Of a DNA stretch of 64,000 bases, positions 63,069 to 64,000 are shown piece after piece. A program made the translations under genes and the position numbers. The notes beneath the pieces were generated by a model that had not been told where the DNA came from, ran no database searches, and worked only from the letters and a program-made list of their open reading frames with translations. Each line of letters begins with the position of its first letter. Position 1 is the stretch's first letter. Origin of the DNA: Oscillospiraceae bacterium (GTDB taxonomy: Bacteria > Bacillota > Clostridia > Oscillospirales > CAG-272); the NCBI GenBank assembly GCA_015063695.1, contig SVTQ01000006.1, positions 8,718-72,717 on the forward strand. The letters run 5' to 3'.

Positions 63069-63257
63069 CGTAGGGCGACCATTGGTCGTCCGATTTACAC
63101 AAAAAACGCACTCTACTGCGAATGAGAAATGCAATGGACAGTCGAGGACACCTGTCCCTACAAATAATCAGCGAAATTTCCCGATGTGAACTTGTTTCAC
63201 ACGAAAACGACGATATCAATCGTAGGGGCGACCATTGGTCGTCCGTCGAATACAAAA
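63069..63257. repeat. three more GTAGGG-hairpin-CTACA/ATACA units
   Basis: CGTAGGGCGACCATTGGTCGTCCGATTTACACAAAAAA (63069-106), GGACAG...CTGTCCCTACAAA (63136-64) and CGTAGGGGCGACCATTGGTCGTCCGTCGAATACAAAAA (63221-57). Confidence 0.75.
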
Positions 63258-63288
63258 AGGTGCTCTCCGAGGAGAGCACCTTGATTTT
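63253..63288 (-). terminator. terminator of the dockerin gene (bidirectional hairpin)
   Basis: AAGGTGCTCTC-CGAG-GAGAGCACCTT flanked by A- and T-runs. Confidence 0.75.
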
Positions 63289-63313
63289 TGCTGTTTAGCT
63301 GTTTTAGGAATTA

Positions 63314-64000
63314 TTAACCGAGAATGATTTCCTTAATAGCTCTGGAGTCCTTAGCGTTGAGCACGCCGTCGCCGTTAGCGTCTGCATTGAGAGCGTTTAC
63401 GTCTTCAAGAGCGATAGCACCAACGAGGAGCTTCTTGATGAGCATGGAGTCCTTAGCGGTTACTTCGCCGTCACCGTCGAGGTCGCCGGGAGTTACGATG
63501 ATCTCTTCGTTTTCGGGAGTTCTGTAGTTGATCCATTCAAAGTCAAGGTCGCCGATAACGTAGTTATCGAAGCTGATGTCAGCACCGAAGATACGGAAGA
63601 GAACGGGAGCTGTAGCTCTGGATGCATCGTAAGGAAGTTCGTAAGAAGCGTCGATATCATCAAAGATGATAACCTGTTCGCCGTTGATGTACATAGCACA
63701 CCATGCTTCGAACGTATCTGTGTTGGAGTAGTACTTGAATGTGAGGTTGTACCACTTGCCTGCTTCGATTTCATAAGAAGCTGTAATAGGCATGTAAGGC
63801 ATGCCGTTGCTTCCCTTAACGAAGAATTCCTGATTTTCGAAGTCGTAACCTGCCATGTTGTTGATGATGGAAGAACCACCGAACCAGAAGTGCATGTTGT
63901 GACCGTAGCTATCGGAGTCGTTTGTTTCCATGAGTTCATTGAAACGGAAGTCGTAGGAAACTGTGAAGCCTGTTGTGTCGATTTCGTTGAAGAACTGGTG
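63314..64000 (-). CDS. dockerin-containing secreted protein with LamG/ConA-like module, C-terminal part (ORF open to window edge)
   Basis: C-terminal dockerin GDLDGDGEVTAKD...ADANGDGVLNAKD. The frame stays open upstream of Met 63931 to nt 64000 (...HQFFNEIDTTGFTVSYDFRFNEL). Confidence 0.75.
   Translation of the reverse strand, partial: HQFFNEIDTTGFTVSYDFRFNELMETNDSDSYGHNMHFWFGGSSIINNMAGYDFENQEFFVKGSNGMPYMPITASYEIEAGKWYNLTFKYYSNTDTFEAWCAMYINGEQVIIFDDIDASYELPYDASRATAPVLFRIFGADISFDNYVIGDLDFEWINYRTPENEEIIVTPGDLDGDGEVTAKDSMLIKKLLVGAIALEDVNALNADANGDGVLNAKDSRAIKEIILG

Noticed and set aside
62384-63279. Short minus-strand ORFs of 83-91 aa (62384..62647, 62883..63134, 63004..63279)
   Set aside because: They lie entirely within repeats, overlap each other in different frames and lack SD sequences. 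Their peptides simply spell the palindromic units.

Overview
The window looks like a chromosomal segment of a cellulosome-type Clostridia bacterium, probably Ruminococcus/Oscillospiraceae. The taxon guess rests on two dockerin proteins, one cohesin protein, GH94 phosphorylases and Firmicute-style SD sites and promoters. All calls come from reading the six-frame translations and the DNA by eye; no BLAST, HMM or folding software was run.

Gene layout:
- 1-20.8 kb, mostly housekeeping: nrnA/rbfA, a YhaO/YhaN (SbcCD-like) pair, the division cluster yggS-sepF-yggT-ylmH-divIVA-lspA-rluD, RNase J, a TldD/PmbA pair, a Na/Pi-PhoU transporter and a PrsA-like foldase.
- 21-30 kb, more accessory: a nucleotidyltransferase plus GNAT next to tRNA-Arg(ACG), a CofE-like protein, a dockerin protein, a HAD hydrolase, an AKR-FeS reductase and a cohesin surface protein.
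- 30-41.7 kb: nrdD with a fused C-terminal glutaredoxin-like domain followed by trxB, a GH94 cellodextrin-phosphorylase-like gene, a CYTH protein, an APH-fold kinase, a BNR/sialidase-like protein and pyk.
- 41.9-45.5 kb: a visibly AT-rich island of seven small co-oriented genes with no recombinase.
- 45.6-64 kb: tcdA-mnmA, a histidine phosphatase, an AraC regulator, an LRR surface protein, a ketohexose cluster (psicose-3-epimerase-like, PfkB kinase, class II aldolase, amidohydrolase), a second GH94-like gene, a lipoprotein, a four-helix-bundle (IVS-family) gene, a RumA-like methyltransferase, a C39-like peptidase, a PflX-type radical SAM protein and a partial dockerin protein.

The signals least explained by ordinary annotation:
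1. Two nested 'comb' palindromes (22.2 kb and 58.9 kb). Each has direct and inverted copies of a 9-11 nt motif interleaved with unique mini-hairpins.
2. An 820-bp gene-free repeat field (62.5-63.3 kb) containing a 181-bp tandem repeat and GTAGGGG-hairpin-CTACA units.
3. The AT-rich island, which carries two SD-preceded micro-ORFs.
4. The NrdD-redoxin fusion sitting next to TrxB.
5. A cohesin protein with tandem Cys3-His repeats.

No CRISPR array, integrase, transposase or rRNA was seen.
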